DNA from: Acidobacteriota bacterium
Lineage (GTDB): Bacteria; Acidobacteriota; Terriglobia; Bryobacterales; Bryobacteraceae
Assembly: GCA_018268935.1 (NCBI GenBank)
Contig: JAFDVS010000032.1
Coordinates: 17,987 to 81,986 of the forward strand
Reading direction: 5' to 3'
Length of the DNA: 64,000 nt
Under the pieces are notes generated by a model. That model was not told the DNA's origin. It worked only from the letters and a program-made list of their open reading frames with translations, and made no database searches. The translations under genes and the position numbers were made by a program. The first letter of the stretch is position 1. Every line of letters begins with the position of its first letter. Shown piece by piece: positions 9,678-18,403 of this stretch.

Positions 9678-10562
9678 TCACTCTCCTCTCTGCGAGCCCA
9701 CTGTGACCACGAGGCTCGCCGCCGCGCCGCCGCGTAGAATCGAGGCTTCCATCGTCTTGCCCACCGATTGCGGGCCAAGCGCATCCAGCACGTCCTCCGG
9801 CTGCACCACCATTGCGCCATTCAGCGCGAGCAGTATATCCCCAACCAGCCAGCCCGCCCGATCGGCGGCGCTGCCGGGTTCCACCGAAAGCGTGATCAGC
9901 GCGGGCTCGGCGCGCATGGGAACCTGCACCGGACGCAGGCCGACGCCGAGGTAGCCGCGTCCGATATGCCCTGTGGACTGCAGTTGTTCCACCGCTCGCG
10001 CGATGTTCGCGGCAGGAATGACAATGGCGCCAAGCCGTGAAAAGGCCGAGGTCGCCATGCCGATCACCCGCCCGCTCATATCCAGCACCGCCCCACCGTT
10101 GCTTGCCGGGTAGAGCGACATGTCCAGTTGCACTCTCCGATCGAGATGCCCGCCCGCCCACGTGCGAAACGCGTTGCCGGCGGAACTGATCACGCCCATC
10201 GACGCCGTAACCCCGCTGTGCACGGAACGCCCCGCAACCAGCGTCAATTCGCCGGCGCGCACCGTGTCTTCCGCTGGCACCGGAACAGCAAGCTCCACCA
10301 CCGCTTCCAACCGCAGCAGTGCAATATCGGTGGACGCATCACGGCCGACGCGCTTCGCCTCCACCACCGAGCCGTCGGGCAGGGTGACCGATAGCGGATC
10401 CGGCCGCTTCAACGCATGATCGGTGGTGACAATAAGCCCGTCACCCCAATGAATCCCGCTCGACGGAAAACGCGGATGCCCGCCGACGGAAACCAGAAAC
10501 GCCCCGGCTTCGGCCACTCGATCCGCCAGCCCGGTGGAAAACGCCAGTAAAGGATTTACCAT
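9678..10562 (-). CDS. S1C/HtrA-like protein with C-terminal PDZ; catalytic Ser box altered (probable pseudo-protease)
   Basis: ATG 10562 is preceded by GGAGG. TTDHAL (His) and TDIALLRL (Asp) are present, but the GNSGG box reads PASNGG (AGC AAC at 10103..10098). PDZ-like region: GYLGVGL...SVEPGSAADRAGWLVGDILLALNG. Confidence 0.75.
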   Translation of the reverse strand: MVNPLLAFSTGLADRVAEAGAFLVSVGGHPRFPSSGIHWGDGLIVTTDHALKRPDPLSVTLPDGSVVEAKRVGRDASTDIALLRLEAVVELAVPVPAEDTVRAGELTLVAGRSVHSGVTASMGVISSAGNAFRTWAGGHLDRRVQLDMSLYPASNGGAVLDMSGRVIGMATSAFSRLGAIVIPAANIARAVEQLQSTGHIGRGYLGVGLRPVQVPMRAEPALITLSVEPGSAADRAGWLVGDILLALNGAMVVQPEDVLDALGPQSVGKTMEASILRGGAAASLVVTVGSQRGE

Positions 10563-10640
10563 ATGCCTCCAGCATGCGCTCTTCCGGGTCGTGGGCACAT
10601 CGGAAGAATGGGCAGGTGGCAAACTGGCAATTCGGCCAGG

Positions 10641-11498
10641 CTACCGCAGCCCTTTCTTCTTTAGATGCGCGATGAGCGCCGCCGGATCATCGCTGATGAT
10701 GGCGTCCACTTTGGCGGCGATGAGGCGATCCCAATCGTCGGGCGTATTGGCTGTCCAGGGAACCACTTGCATCCCCGCCCGGTGCGCCGCGGCAACGTTT
10801 TCCGGCGTGATCAAGGTGTAGTGCGGCGATACGATTCCAGCGCCTGTGGCGCGCCCCGCAACCACGTAGTCCTTCTCCTTCTCGCCGAACAACGCCGACA
10901 GACGCACCGCAGGCAGCCGCTTCTTCATTGCATCGAGCGTGCGGAAATCGAACGACTGCACGATTACTCGCGCCGTGAGCTTGTGCTTCTCAATCGCCTC
11001 GGCCAGCAGCCGCGCGAACTCCTCCGGCGATGGAGTCAATTGCGGCCGGTCGCGAAAAATCTTGGTCTCGATATTGAACTCGAACTTCCCGCGCGGGGCC
11101 AGCGCCAGCACTTCATCGAGTGCGGGCACGCGCGTGCCGGCAACTGCCTGCTGCTTCGGATAAGCCGGATTCGCTTTCGCCCCGCAGTCCCACCGCTGCA
11201 GCTCGCGAAACGTCATCTCGCGAATGACGCGAGTCCCTTCCGGGCCGCTGCAGTAGGCCGGGTTCATCAACGGATCGTGCGATACCACCAGCACGTTGTC
11301 CTTGGTTACCGCCAGATCGAGTTCCAGCACATCCACACCGGCTTCGATCGCGTAAAGAAACGCCGGCATCGTGTTTTCCGGCCGCATGGCGCGCGCCCCG
11401 CGATGCCCGTGTACTTGAATTGGTCCCGCCTCCGCCAGCATCGTCATCGATAGTAGTCCTCCCAACAGGATTCCACCCGCGTTCCATCCAAGTATCAT
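10641..11498 (-). CDS. Glycerophosphodiester phosphodiesterase (GDPD family)
   Basis: HGHRGARAMRPENTMPAF plus ELDLAVTKDNVLVVSHD are classic GDPD motifs. N-terminal hydrophobic anchor. Confidence 0.85.
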   Translation of the reverse strand: MILGWNAGGILLGGLLSMTMLAEAGPIQVHGHRGARAMRPENTMPAFLYAIEAGVDVLELDLAVTKDNVLVVSHDPLMNPAYCSGPEGTRVIREMTFRELQRWDCGAKANPAYPKQQAVAGTRVPALDEVLALAPRGKFEFNIETKIFRDRPQLTPSPEEFARLLAEAIEKHKLTARVIVQSFDFRTLDAMKKRLPAVRLSALFGEKEKDYVVAGRATGAGIVSPHYTLITPENVAAAHRAGMQVVPWTANTPDDWDRLIAAKVDAIISDDPAALIAHLKKKGLR

Positions 11499-11537
11499 GA
11501 AGAAAGAATAGCGAACTGTTGGGAGGTCTTATATTTC

Positions 11538-12869
11538 ATGAGTTCATCATCCCGCCGTACATTCATGGGCGCGGCCACTTGGGCCACTGCTCTCAGCTAC
11601 TCCCGCATCCTCGGCGCCAATGACCGACTCCAAATCGGCTACATCGGCGTCGGCAACCGTGGCACTCAGGTGCATGAAGCGTTCCTCGAACATGGCGACC
11701 AGGTTACGGTCGCTCTCTGCGATTTGCGCGATGAATACATGGACCATAACGCGAAAATCTCGCGTGCCACTCCGAAAAAATACAAAGAGTACAAAAAACT
11801 TCTGGAAGACAAAGATGTGCAGGCCGTGGTCATCGCCACTCCCGATCACTGGCATGCGCTGCAGTTCATCGATGCCTGCAACGCGGGCAAGGATGTCTAT
11901 GTCGAGAAGCCGCTTTCGCTCACCGTGCGCGAAGGCCGCCGCATGGTGGAGATCGCCGAGAAAACCAAACGCGTGACGCAGGTGGGGATTCACCGGCGCT
12001 CCGGAAAGTTTCTCAAGGAAGCCGTCGATTACGTGCGCTCCGGCGCGCTGGGCCACATCACCGTGGCTAAAGGCTGGCATCTGCAGAACGAGTGGCCCAT
12101 TGGTGTCGGCAATCCGCCGGACTCGAAGCCGATGAACGAGTGGGAATGGGAACAATGGCTCGGACCCGCGCCGAAGGTCCCTTACAACCAGAACCGCATG
12201 TATTACCGCTTCCGCTGGTTCTACAACTACTCCGGCGGACAGGTGACCAACTTCGGCGTGCACTACATGGACATGCTGCGCTGGGCATTGGGCAAGGAAG
12301 CCCCCAAGGCCGTCACCGTCATGGGCGGCAAGTACGCCATCCAGGACAACCGCGAGATCCCCGATACGCTGGAAGCCCTCTGGGATTTCGACGGCACCAT
12401 GGTTGTCTTCTCCCAGTACAACGCCAACAACGCTCCCGGCAACATGCAGAACTCGGAAATGGAGATTCGCGGCACCAAAGGGACCATGTACCTCCACGGG
12501 AACCGCTGGGAGGTGGTGCCGGAGAAGAATACGCAACTCCCGCTGCCCGCACGCAGTCCCGTCAACCGCGACATGGAAAAGAACTACCGGCCTTCCTTCC
12601 AGACCGCGATGCAGCCCGCCTCCGCCAAAGGCAGCGCCGATACAGCCTTCCACGCCCGTAACTTCCTCGATTGCGTGAAATCGCGGGCCAAGTGCAATTG
12701 CGACATCCTGGAAGGGCACCGCTCCACAGCCGCGACCTTGATCGCCAATATCTCGCTCAAGACGAAGTCGTATCTCGAGTGGGACGCCAAGACGGAGACG
12801 TTCACCAACAATGCTGCTGCCAACAAGTTGCTGCAGTATAATTATAGAGCGCCTTATAAACTGGTTTGA
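11538..12869 (+). CDS. Gfo/Idh/MocA-family oxidoreductase with Tat signal
   Basis: MSSSSRRTFMGAATWA twin-arginine leader. Rossmann motif IGYIGVGNRG. EKPL motif (VYVEKPLS). Confidence 0.85.
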   Translation: MSSSSRRTFMGAATWATALSYSRILGANDRLQIGYIGVGNRGTQVHEAFLEHGDQVTVALCDLRDEYMDHNAKISRATPKKYKEYKKLLEDKDVQAVVIATPDHWHALQFIDACNAGKDVYVEKPLSLTVREGRRMVEIAEKTKRVTQVGIHRRSGKFLKEAVDYVRSGALGHITVAKGWHLQNEWPIGVGNPPDSKPMNEWEWEQWLGPAPKVPYNQNRMYYRFRWFYNYSGGQVTNFGVHYMDMLRWALGKEAPKAVTVMGGKYAIQDNREIPDTLEALWDFDGTMVVFSQYNANNAPGNMQNSEMEIRGTKGTMYLHGNRWEVVPEKNTQLPLPARSPVNRDMEKNYRPSFQTAMQPASAKGSADTAFHARNFLDCVKSRAKCNCDILEGHRSTAATLIANISLKTKSYLEWDAKTETFTNNAAANKLLQYNYRAPYKLV

Positions 12870-12884
12870 TTATTCAAAGTTTCG

Positions 12885-12913
12885 TTGACTATATCTAACT
12901 TCGATGCTAAGAT
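12885..12913 (+). promoter_or_regulatory. Near-consensus sigma70 promoter of the PIN toxin operon
   Basis: TTGACT (12885..12890), 17-nt spacer, TAAGAT (12908..12913). The ATG is at 12932 with a GGTGGAGG SD. Confidence 0.55.
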
Positions 12914-12931
12914 CAAAGGTGGAGGCCTACC

Positions 12932-13453
12932 ATGGCAACACCTGCCTTGGCACTGTTACGGAACGAAACCAGTTGCGGCGATGAAATCTGGATAGCGACA
13001 GCTTTGCTCACGCGGGAGCGTCCGGCTGAGCCAGACTACTCGGTGGAAGACATCCTCGCCCGCGCCGCGCAGGAGAACATCCATGGCTCGGTGCGCAAGG
13101 GGTTGGAAGGCTATGCGCGGGTGCATTGCTGTGCCAACAAGCCGCCCAGTCCGTCGGCGCTGAAGATGCTCTATGCCACTGGGCGGAATCGCCGCCGTCT
13201 CTATCGCCCCGGTGATGATTACCACCCTGGGCGCACCGGGCGCAGCATCCCCGCGCTCACCGACATCCCCGATAGGTACCACGAATTAGTGGAGTGGTGG
13301 CTCAATCAACTGGCTTCTTTGCCGCCAGTTGCAAAGCCTCCTGTGAAGTCTTTCCTGAAGGCGATGGAAGAGCTGCGGGATGCCGGCCAGGGTACCTGGA
13401 AGGGTGTGGACGCCGACGCCTACGTCCGTGAATTGCGTGAGGGCTGGGATTGA
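12932..13453 (+). CDS. Hypothetical protein, putative atypical antitoxin partner of the PIN toxin
   Basis: 173 aa. GGTGGAGG SD 6 nt upstream of the ATG. The stop overlaps the PIN gene start (TTGA). I recognise no AbrB/RHH/Phd motif. Confidence 0.5.
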   Translation: MATPALALLRNETSCGDEIWIATALLTRERPAEPDYSVEDILARAAQENIHGSVRKGLEGYARVHCCANKPPSPSALKMLYATGRNRRRLYRPGDDYHPGRTGRSIPALTDIPDRYHELVEWWLNQLASLPPVAKPPVKSFLKAMEELRDAGQGTWKGVDADAYVRELREGWD

Positions 13454-13875
13454 GCCGCATTTTCCTCGATACGAACATCTTCATCTACTTCTACGAAGAT
13501 GCCGGCCCAATGACCGGCCTCACCCGCAGCCTCTTCGAACGGCTCGACCGCCGCGGCGATCAGATTGTCACCTCGGCGCTCACCATCGGCGAACTGCTGG
13601 TTCATCCTCTGCGCATGGGCAACGACAAGCTGGCGGCTCTGTATGAGAAGGTGCTGCAACCACCGGCCATCGAAATCGTCCCCTTCGACCGCGCCTGCTC
13701 GACAGCCTTTGCCCGCATCCGCCTCGACAAATCCATCAAGCCGCCGGACGCGATTCAGCTTGCCTGCGCGGCCACCGCACGCTGCGATCTCTTCCTCACC
13801 AACGATCAAAGGCTGACGGGGAAGATTGTGCCGGGGCTGCAATTCATTTCGGCGCTGGAACAAGCGCCTGTATAG
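13450..13875 (+). CDS. vapC: PIN-domain ribonuclease toxin (VapC-like)
   Basis: IFLDTNIFIY (Asp1), TIGELL (Glu), PPDAIQLA (Asp) and LFLTNDQRL (Asp) give the full PIN acidic quartet. Confidence 0.85.
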   Translation: MSRIFLDTNIFIYFYEDAGPMTGLTRSLFERLDRRGDQIVTSALTIGELLVHPLRMGNDKLAALYEKVLQPPAIEIVPFDRACSTAFARIRLDKSIKPPDAIQLACAATARCDLFLTNDQRLTGKIVPGLQFISALEQAPV

Positions 13876-13890
13876 GGGTATAAATGTGAG

Positions 13891-13923
13891 AAGGGCCCCG
13901 GAGCTGGGAACTCAGGGGCCCTT
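13891..13923. terminator. Strong GC hairpin between convergent genes
   Basis: AAGGGCCCCGGAG / CTCAGGGGCCCTT: a 13-position stem with 12 pairs and 1 mismatch, 7-nt loop CTGGGAA, 16 nt after the PIN stop. No adjacent U-tract on the plus strand. Confidence 0.4.
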
Positions 13924-14007
13924 AGAGGGGCTATGAACGGCGAGCTGGGCCTCGCCGCCGAGGATGCTGATAAGTCGATGACGACTTATATAAGTGCCCT
14001 TATACAG

Positions 14008-14032
14008 TGCACGGGCCGTGCCAAACTTTTTT
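14008..14032 (+). terminator. Weak terminator-like hairpin plus T6
   Basis: GCACG-GGC-CGTGC (14009..14021), then CAAAC and TTTTTT (14027..14032). Confidence 0.3.
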
Positions 14033-14110
14033 CCTCGTAAGTGATTGAAAAATCATGGGCGGGCCAGGAAAATCTTGGGTCAAATGACCACTTTGAGCGA
14101 TTTCACTCAC

Positions 14111-14392
14111 CTACCCCTCGTAGGGAAACTTCCGCACCATCTCCATACACCCCGATAACGCCTGTAACAGCGTCGTCCCCCACCCGCATGGCGTCACCGG
14201 CGCCGTATTCTGATTCACCTGCTTGTCCGTCCGCGCGAAAAACTTCATCGCCGGATCCTTCGGCGTCAGATACTCCAGCACCGTGATCAGGAACTCCACG
14301 TCCTCCCCGTTCACCTGCTTCACCATCGAAAAGTGATGGACCTGCGCCAATTGCTCGCTACGGTCCCGTTGTGCAAATTCCCACTCAGCCAA
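14111..14392 (-). CDS. Small hypothetical protein
   Basis: The track ORF is 14111..14449. AGGAGG (14403..14398) lies 5 nt before TTG 14392. No recognisable family. Confidence 0.35.
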   Translation of the reverse strand: MAEWEFAQRDRSEQLAQVHHFSMVKQVNGEDVEFLITVLEYLTPKDPAMKFFARTDKQVNQNTAPVTPCGWGTTLLQALSGCMEMVRKFPYEG

Positions 14393-14561
14393 TTTCGCCT
14401 CCTGTTCTTCAAAGGAACACGCGCAAAACGGAGCCCGCCCGCGCCACAATGCAACCGCGTGTTCCTTCCGTAGTCACGGCGCGGAGCGTGCCCTTTGCGC
14501 TTTGCGAACGCAATCCCGGATTATAACTCGTCCGCCCTCCAATGGTAGAATCCAATCGTCG

Positions 14562-17483
14562 ATGCATCGCATGTTGGAATCTGCCGGGCTGCGCAACCGG
14601 GAGCGCGCTCTGGCCAATTTGTCCGGGTTCATGCCTCAGCTTTCCGACGAACTGCAGGCCCGCGTTATCTCCCTCATGGCCAATTGCCCGGACCCCGATT
14701 CGGCGCTCCACTACATGGCCCGCTTCGCCTCCGGCAACCCGCCCGATTTCCACCGCCTGATGGCCAATCCAGGCCTCATTTCGTCCTTTGTCACCGTCTT
14801 CGCCCAAAGCAAATTCCTCTCCGAGGAGATCCTCCTGAACTCCTCCTGGATCGAGCAGATCGTCGCCGACCGTGACTTCCATCGCATGCTGTTTCCCGAA
14901 GAGATGGAACTGCGGCTGGAGGAATTCCTCCTCCAGCACGGCACGGGCGTGCCCGACGCGCTTCACGTGGCCCAGTTTCGCCGCCAGCAGATTCTCCGCA
15001 TCCTGCTGCGCGACGCTACCGGCATCTGCAACCTGGCCGAGACCACCGAAGAGCTCTCCAATCTCGCCGATGCCATCCTCCATGTCACCTTCCGCCACAT
15101 CCGCGACGAACTCACCAAGCGTCACGGCCCACCCTGCTATCTGGACCGCGCCGGCGTCGTCCGCCAGTGCGAGTTCAGTGTGCTGGCGCTGGGGAAGCTG
15201 GGCGGTCAGGAGCTGAACTACAGCTCCGATATCGACCTGATGTTTCTCTATTCCGCCAACGGCGATACCGCCGGTGAGCGGTCCATCTCGAACAAGGAGT
15301 TCTACAAAAAAGCCGCCGTCCAATACACGGAATTGCTTTCCACTTACACCTCGGAGGGCATGTGCTACCGCGTCGATCTGCGTCTGCGCCCGGAAGGCAA
15401 GCTGGGCGAGCTCTGCATCTCCACGGAAGGCGCCAAAACCTACTACCGAAAACGCGCCCGCGACTGGGAACTGCAGATGCTCATCAAAGCGCGTGTGGCC
15501 GCCGGAGACCGCGCCCCGGGCAGGGAACTGCTGGAGTTTGTCGAGCCGCTCATCTACTCCTCCACGCTCGATTTTTCGGCCGTGGAAGCCGTGTCGCAAA
15601 CGCGTGAACGCATCCAGGAAAAGCTGCAGCAGCGCAAGCCGGGGATGCGCGAGATCGACATCAAGCTGGCGCGCGGCGGAATTCGCGACATCGAATTCCT
15701 CGTGCAGTGCCTACAACGCCTCCACGGCGGCCGCGAGCCCTGGGTCCGCCATGGCGGCACGCTCCACGCTCTGTTCCGCCTCCGCGACAAGAATCTGCTT
15801 TCCGATGTGGAATACTCCCGCCTCTGTTCGGCATACGAATTCCTGCGTCACCTGGAACACCGCCTGCAATTTGAAGAAGACCGGCAAACCCATACCCTGC
15901 CGCAAGGCCGCGAAGCCCTCGATGTCCTCGCCCGCCGCATGCCTGTGCAGGAGTTGGGAAGCCAGCCTACAGCGGCCCGCCTGATGAGCCGATTGAACGA
16001 GTACTTCGATGAGGTGCGCGAGATCTACGAGCGCGTCATCCACGCCCAACAGCCGATGTATTACTCCACGCCCAACCCTACGCCGGAGCCCGCGCCCGCC
16101 TCCGAGCCCGATCACGCACACACCCGAGGCGACGGGCTGGACGGGAATCTCATCCGCTTCCTTGACCAGCGCGCGCCAAGCCTTGCCGCCACCCTCGCTC
16201 ATACCAATATCAAGCGTGGAGGCAAAGCCTTCGCACGCTACCTCGAGTGGGTGGTGCCCCATCCGGAGTGGTTGCAATGGCTCGATTCGGACAACGTGCT
16301 CACCGGCTACCTCACCGATCTGTTCGCCCACAGCCTGTATCTCTCCGATCAGCTGATGAGCCACCCCGATCTGATCGAGGAACTACGTAAGATCCGCAAG
16401 CACCCCGGCCGCGACGCTTCCATCGACGAAGCGCTTGCCATTGACGATCCCAACGATCTGCGCCGCTTTTTCCGCCGTGAGATGTTCCGCATCCAGGCCG
16501 AAAGCGTGTGTCTCGGCTCGAACGTATTCCAGACATTGCTGCGTACCTCTACGCTCGCCGATACGGCCATCCAGTGCGCCTACCGGCTCTCATTGGAAGA
16601 GGTGGTGCAAAGCTACGCGCCACTTACTCCCGGCTATCAACCCACTGATCAAATGATGGTTATCGCCCTCGGGCGGCTGGGCATGCGCGAATTTGATCTT
16701 GGCTCCGATGCCGACCTGGTGTTTGTGCTCCCCGATGCGGACGGTGGCGAGCATCAGTTCTGGACCCGGGTCGCCGCCAAGATCATTGACCGCCTTTCCG
16801 CCTATACGCGCGAAGGCTTCATGTTCGCCGTCGACACGCGCCTCAGGCCCAACGGCCGCGAGGGAGAACTGGTGCAACTGGCCAGCGCCTATGACACGTA
16901 CTTTACGTCCCGCGCCGAAGCCTGGGAAGGCATCACCTACATGAAAACGCGCGCTGTCGCCGGAAATTTGGAAAAAGGCACGGAATTCCTCAACGCCATC
17001 CAGGAACTGGATTGGCGGCGCTATGGACAAAGTGGGCGCTCGCAGATGCAACTGCGCCAGATGCGGCTGCGGCTGGAGAAGGAACAGGGCGATGAGAATC
17101 CGCTCAAGGCCGGTGCGGGCGGCTACTACGATATCGACTTCGCCCTGATGTTTCTTCGCCTCAAGGGCGCCGGGATATTCTTCAAAGTGCTGAACACGCC
17201 GGAGCGCATAGACATCATCGAAAAGATGGGCCACCTGGAGCGCTCCGACGCGGCTTTCCTGCGCGATGCCGCCACATTCTACCGCGCCCTCGATCATGGC
17301 TTGCGCCTGCTTACCGGGCAGGCCGAAGGCACGCTTCCCAAAGCGCAGGCGCAACTGGAAATGCTCAGCGATCTGGTCTGCCGTTGGACGCCCGATCACC
17401 TGCATGATCAGCCGCTCGAAGAAGAATTGAGCCAGATTCGCCACCGCACACGCGAATTCTTCGACCGCTTGTTTGCCATATGA
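14562..17483 (+). CDS. glnE: Bifunctional glutamine synthetase adenylyltransferase / adenylyl-removing enzyme
   Basis: About 970 aa with two nucleotidyltransferase modules (GKLGGQELNYSSDIDLMFLY and GRLGMREFDLGSDADLVFVL). Start taken at ATG 14562 (MHRMLESAGL). Confidence 0.9.
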   Translation: MHRMLESAGLRNRERALANLSGFMPQLSDELQARVISLMANCPDPDSALHYMARFASGNPPDFHRLMANPGLISSFVTVFAQSKFLSEEILLNSSWIEQIVADRDFHRMLFPEEMELRLEEFLLQHGTGVPDALHVAQFRRQQILRILLRDATGICNLAETTEELSNLADAILHVTFRHIRDELTKRHGPPCYLDRAGVVRQCEFSVLALGKLGGQELNYSSDIDLMFLYSANGDTAGERSISNKEFYKKAAVQYTELLSTYTSEGMCYRVDLRLRPEGKLGELCISTEGAKTYYRKRARDWELQMLIKARVAAGDRAPGRELLEFVEPLIYSSTLDFSAVEAVSQTRERIQEKLQQRKPGMREIDIKLARGGIRDIEFLVQCLQRLHGGREPWVRHGGTLHALFRLRDKNLLSDVEYSRLCSAYEFLRHLEHRLQFEEDRQTHTLPQGREALDVLARRMPVQELGSQPTAARLMSRLNEYFDEVREIYERVIHAQQPMYYSTPNPTPEPAPASEPDHAHTRGDGLDGNLIRFLDQRAPSLAATLAHTNIKRGGKAFARYLEWVVPHPEWLQWLDSDNVLTGYLTDLFAHSLYLSDQLMSHPDLIEELRKIRKHPGRDASIDEALAIDDPNDLRRFFRREMFRIQAESVCLGSNVFQTLLRTSTLADTAIQCAYRLSLEEVVQSYAPLTPGYQPTDQMMVIALGRLGMREFDLGSDADLVFVLPDADGGEHQFWTRVAAKIIDRLSAYTREGFMFAVDTRLRPNGREGELVQLASAYDTYFTSRAEAWEGITYMKTRAVAGNLEKGTEFLNAIQELDWRRYGQSGRSQMQLRQMRLRLEKEQGDENPLKAGAGGYYDIDFALMFLRLKGAGIFFKVLNTPERIDIIEKMGHLERSDAAFLRDAATFYRALDHGLRLLTGQAEGTLPKAQAQLEMLSDLVCRWTPDHLHDQPLEEELSQIRHRTREFFDRLFAI

Positions 17484-18301
17484 GGCTGCTCCCGCTGCTG
17501 GCTGCACTCGCCGTACTGCCTGCGCCAGCCGCGCCTTCCCTCGATCAGGCCTTCGATCGCATGTACCGGCACCAGTTTCCCGCTGCCCTCCAGATTATTG
17601 CCGCCTACACCGAACAACATCCCACCGACCCGCTCGGTTACACCATGCGTGCCGCAGCCAACCTGTTCGCCGAACTCGACCGTCTGCAGATCCTCGAAAG
17701 CGAATTCTTCAACGACGACAAACGCATTGCCGAAAAACGCCAGTTAAAGGCGGACCCTGCCGTGCGCACTGTCATCTACGACAGTCTGGCCAAAGCGCGC
17801 GAACTAGGACAGGCTTCGCTTGCCGCACACCCGCAGGATCGCAACGCCCTGTTTGCCCTGTGCATCTCCTACGGCATCCAAACCGACTACATGGCCCTGA
17901 TCGAAAAGAAGCAGCTTCGCAGCCTCTCGGCGGCGCGCGAATCGCACGACTGGGCGCTCAAACTGCTCAAGCTCGATCCCAATTACTACGATGCCTACCT
18001 CACCACCGGCATCAGCGAATACCTCCTCGGCAGCGTGCCTTTTTTCATCCGTTGGGTGCTGCGCTTTGAGGAAACGAAAGGATCAAAGAATCAGGCCGTG
18101 GCCAACCTGGAGAAGGTGGCGCAGAACGGCCGCTATTTCCGTCCCTTCGCCAAGGTTCTGCTCGCCATCATTTCTCTGCGTGAGAAAAAACCTCTGGAGG
18201 CGGAGATGCGGCTCGCGGAGCTGCATCGCGAGTTCCCGGAGAACCCGCTGTTCAGGAAAGAGATGGAAAAGCTCGCCCAGCGCCGCGCCCTGCGCCGGTA
18301 G
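17480..18301 (+). CDS. Secreted helical (TPR-like) hypothetical protein
   Basis: ATGA overlap with the glnE stop. Signal peptide MRLLPLLAALAVLPAPAAP. Helical repeat composition. Confidence 0.6.
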   Translation: MRLLPLLAALAVLPAPAAPSLDQAFDRMYRHQFPAALQIIAAYTEQHPTDPLGYTMRAAANLFAELDRLQILESEFFNDDKRIAEKRQLKADPAVRTVIYDSLAKARELGQASLAAHPQDRNALFALCISYGIQTDYMALIEKKQLRSLSAARESHDWALKLLKLDPNYYDAYLTTGISEYLLGSVPFFIRWVLRFEETKGSKNQAVANLEKVAQNGRYFRPFAKVLLAIISLREKKPLEAEMRLAELHREFPENPLFRKEMEKLAQRRALRR

Positions 18302-18403
18302 CACATTGCGCCGGTTGCGACTTTTGGGCTCCGTCGCGCATCCTTGATACTTTGGTAGTAGGAGTCCGTTATCCCCACCCAGGCTGAATTTCGCATCCAA
18401 GGC

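Noticed and set aside
13933-14040. 35-aa small ORF (MNGELGLAAEDADKSMTTYISALIQCTGRAKLFSS) in the structured intergenic region
   Set aside because: The SD-like GAGGGG is only 2 nt from the ATG. The ORF coincides with hairpins and the terminator-like T-tract, so it is more likely non-coding. Not excluded.
14409-15599. 396-aa ORF on the minus strand
   Set aside because: It is fully antisense to glnE, which has clear family motifs. Long antisense ORFs are expected in GC-rich DNA, and the translation is Gly/Ala/Val/Arg-rich with no motifs.
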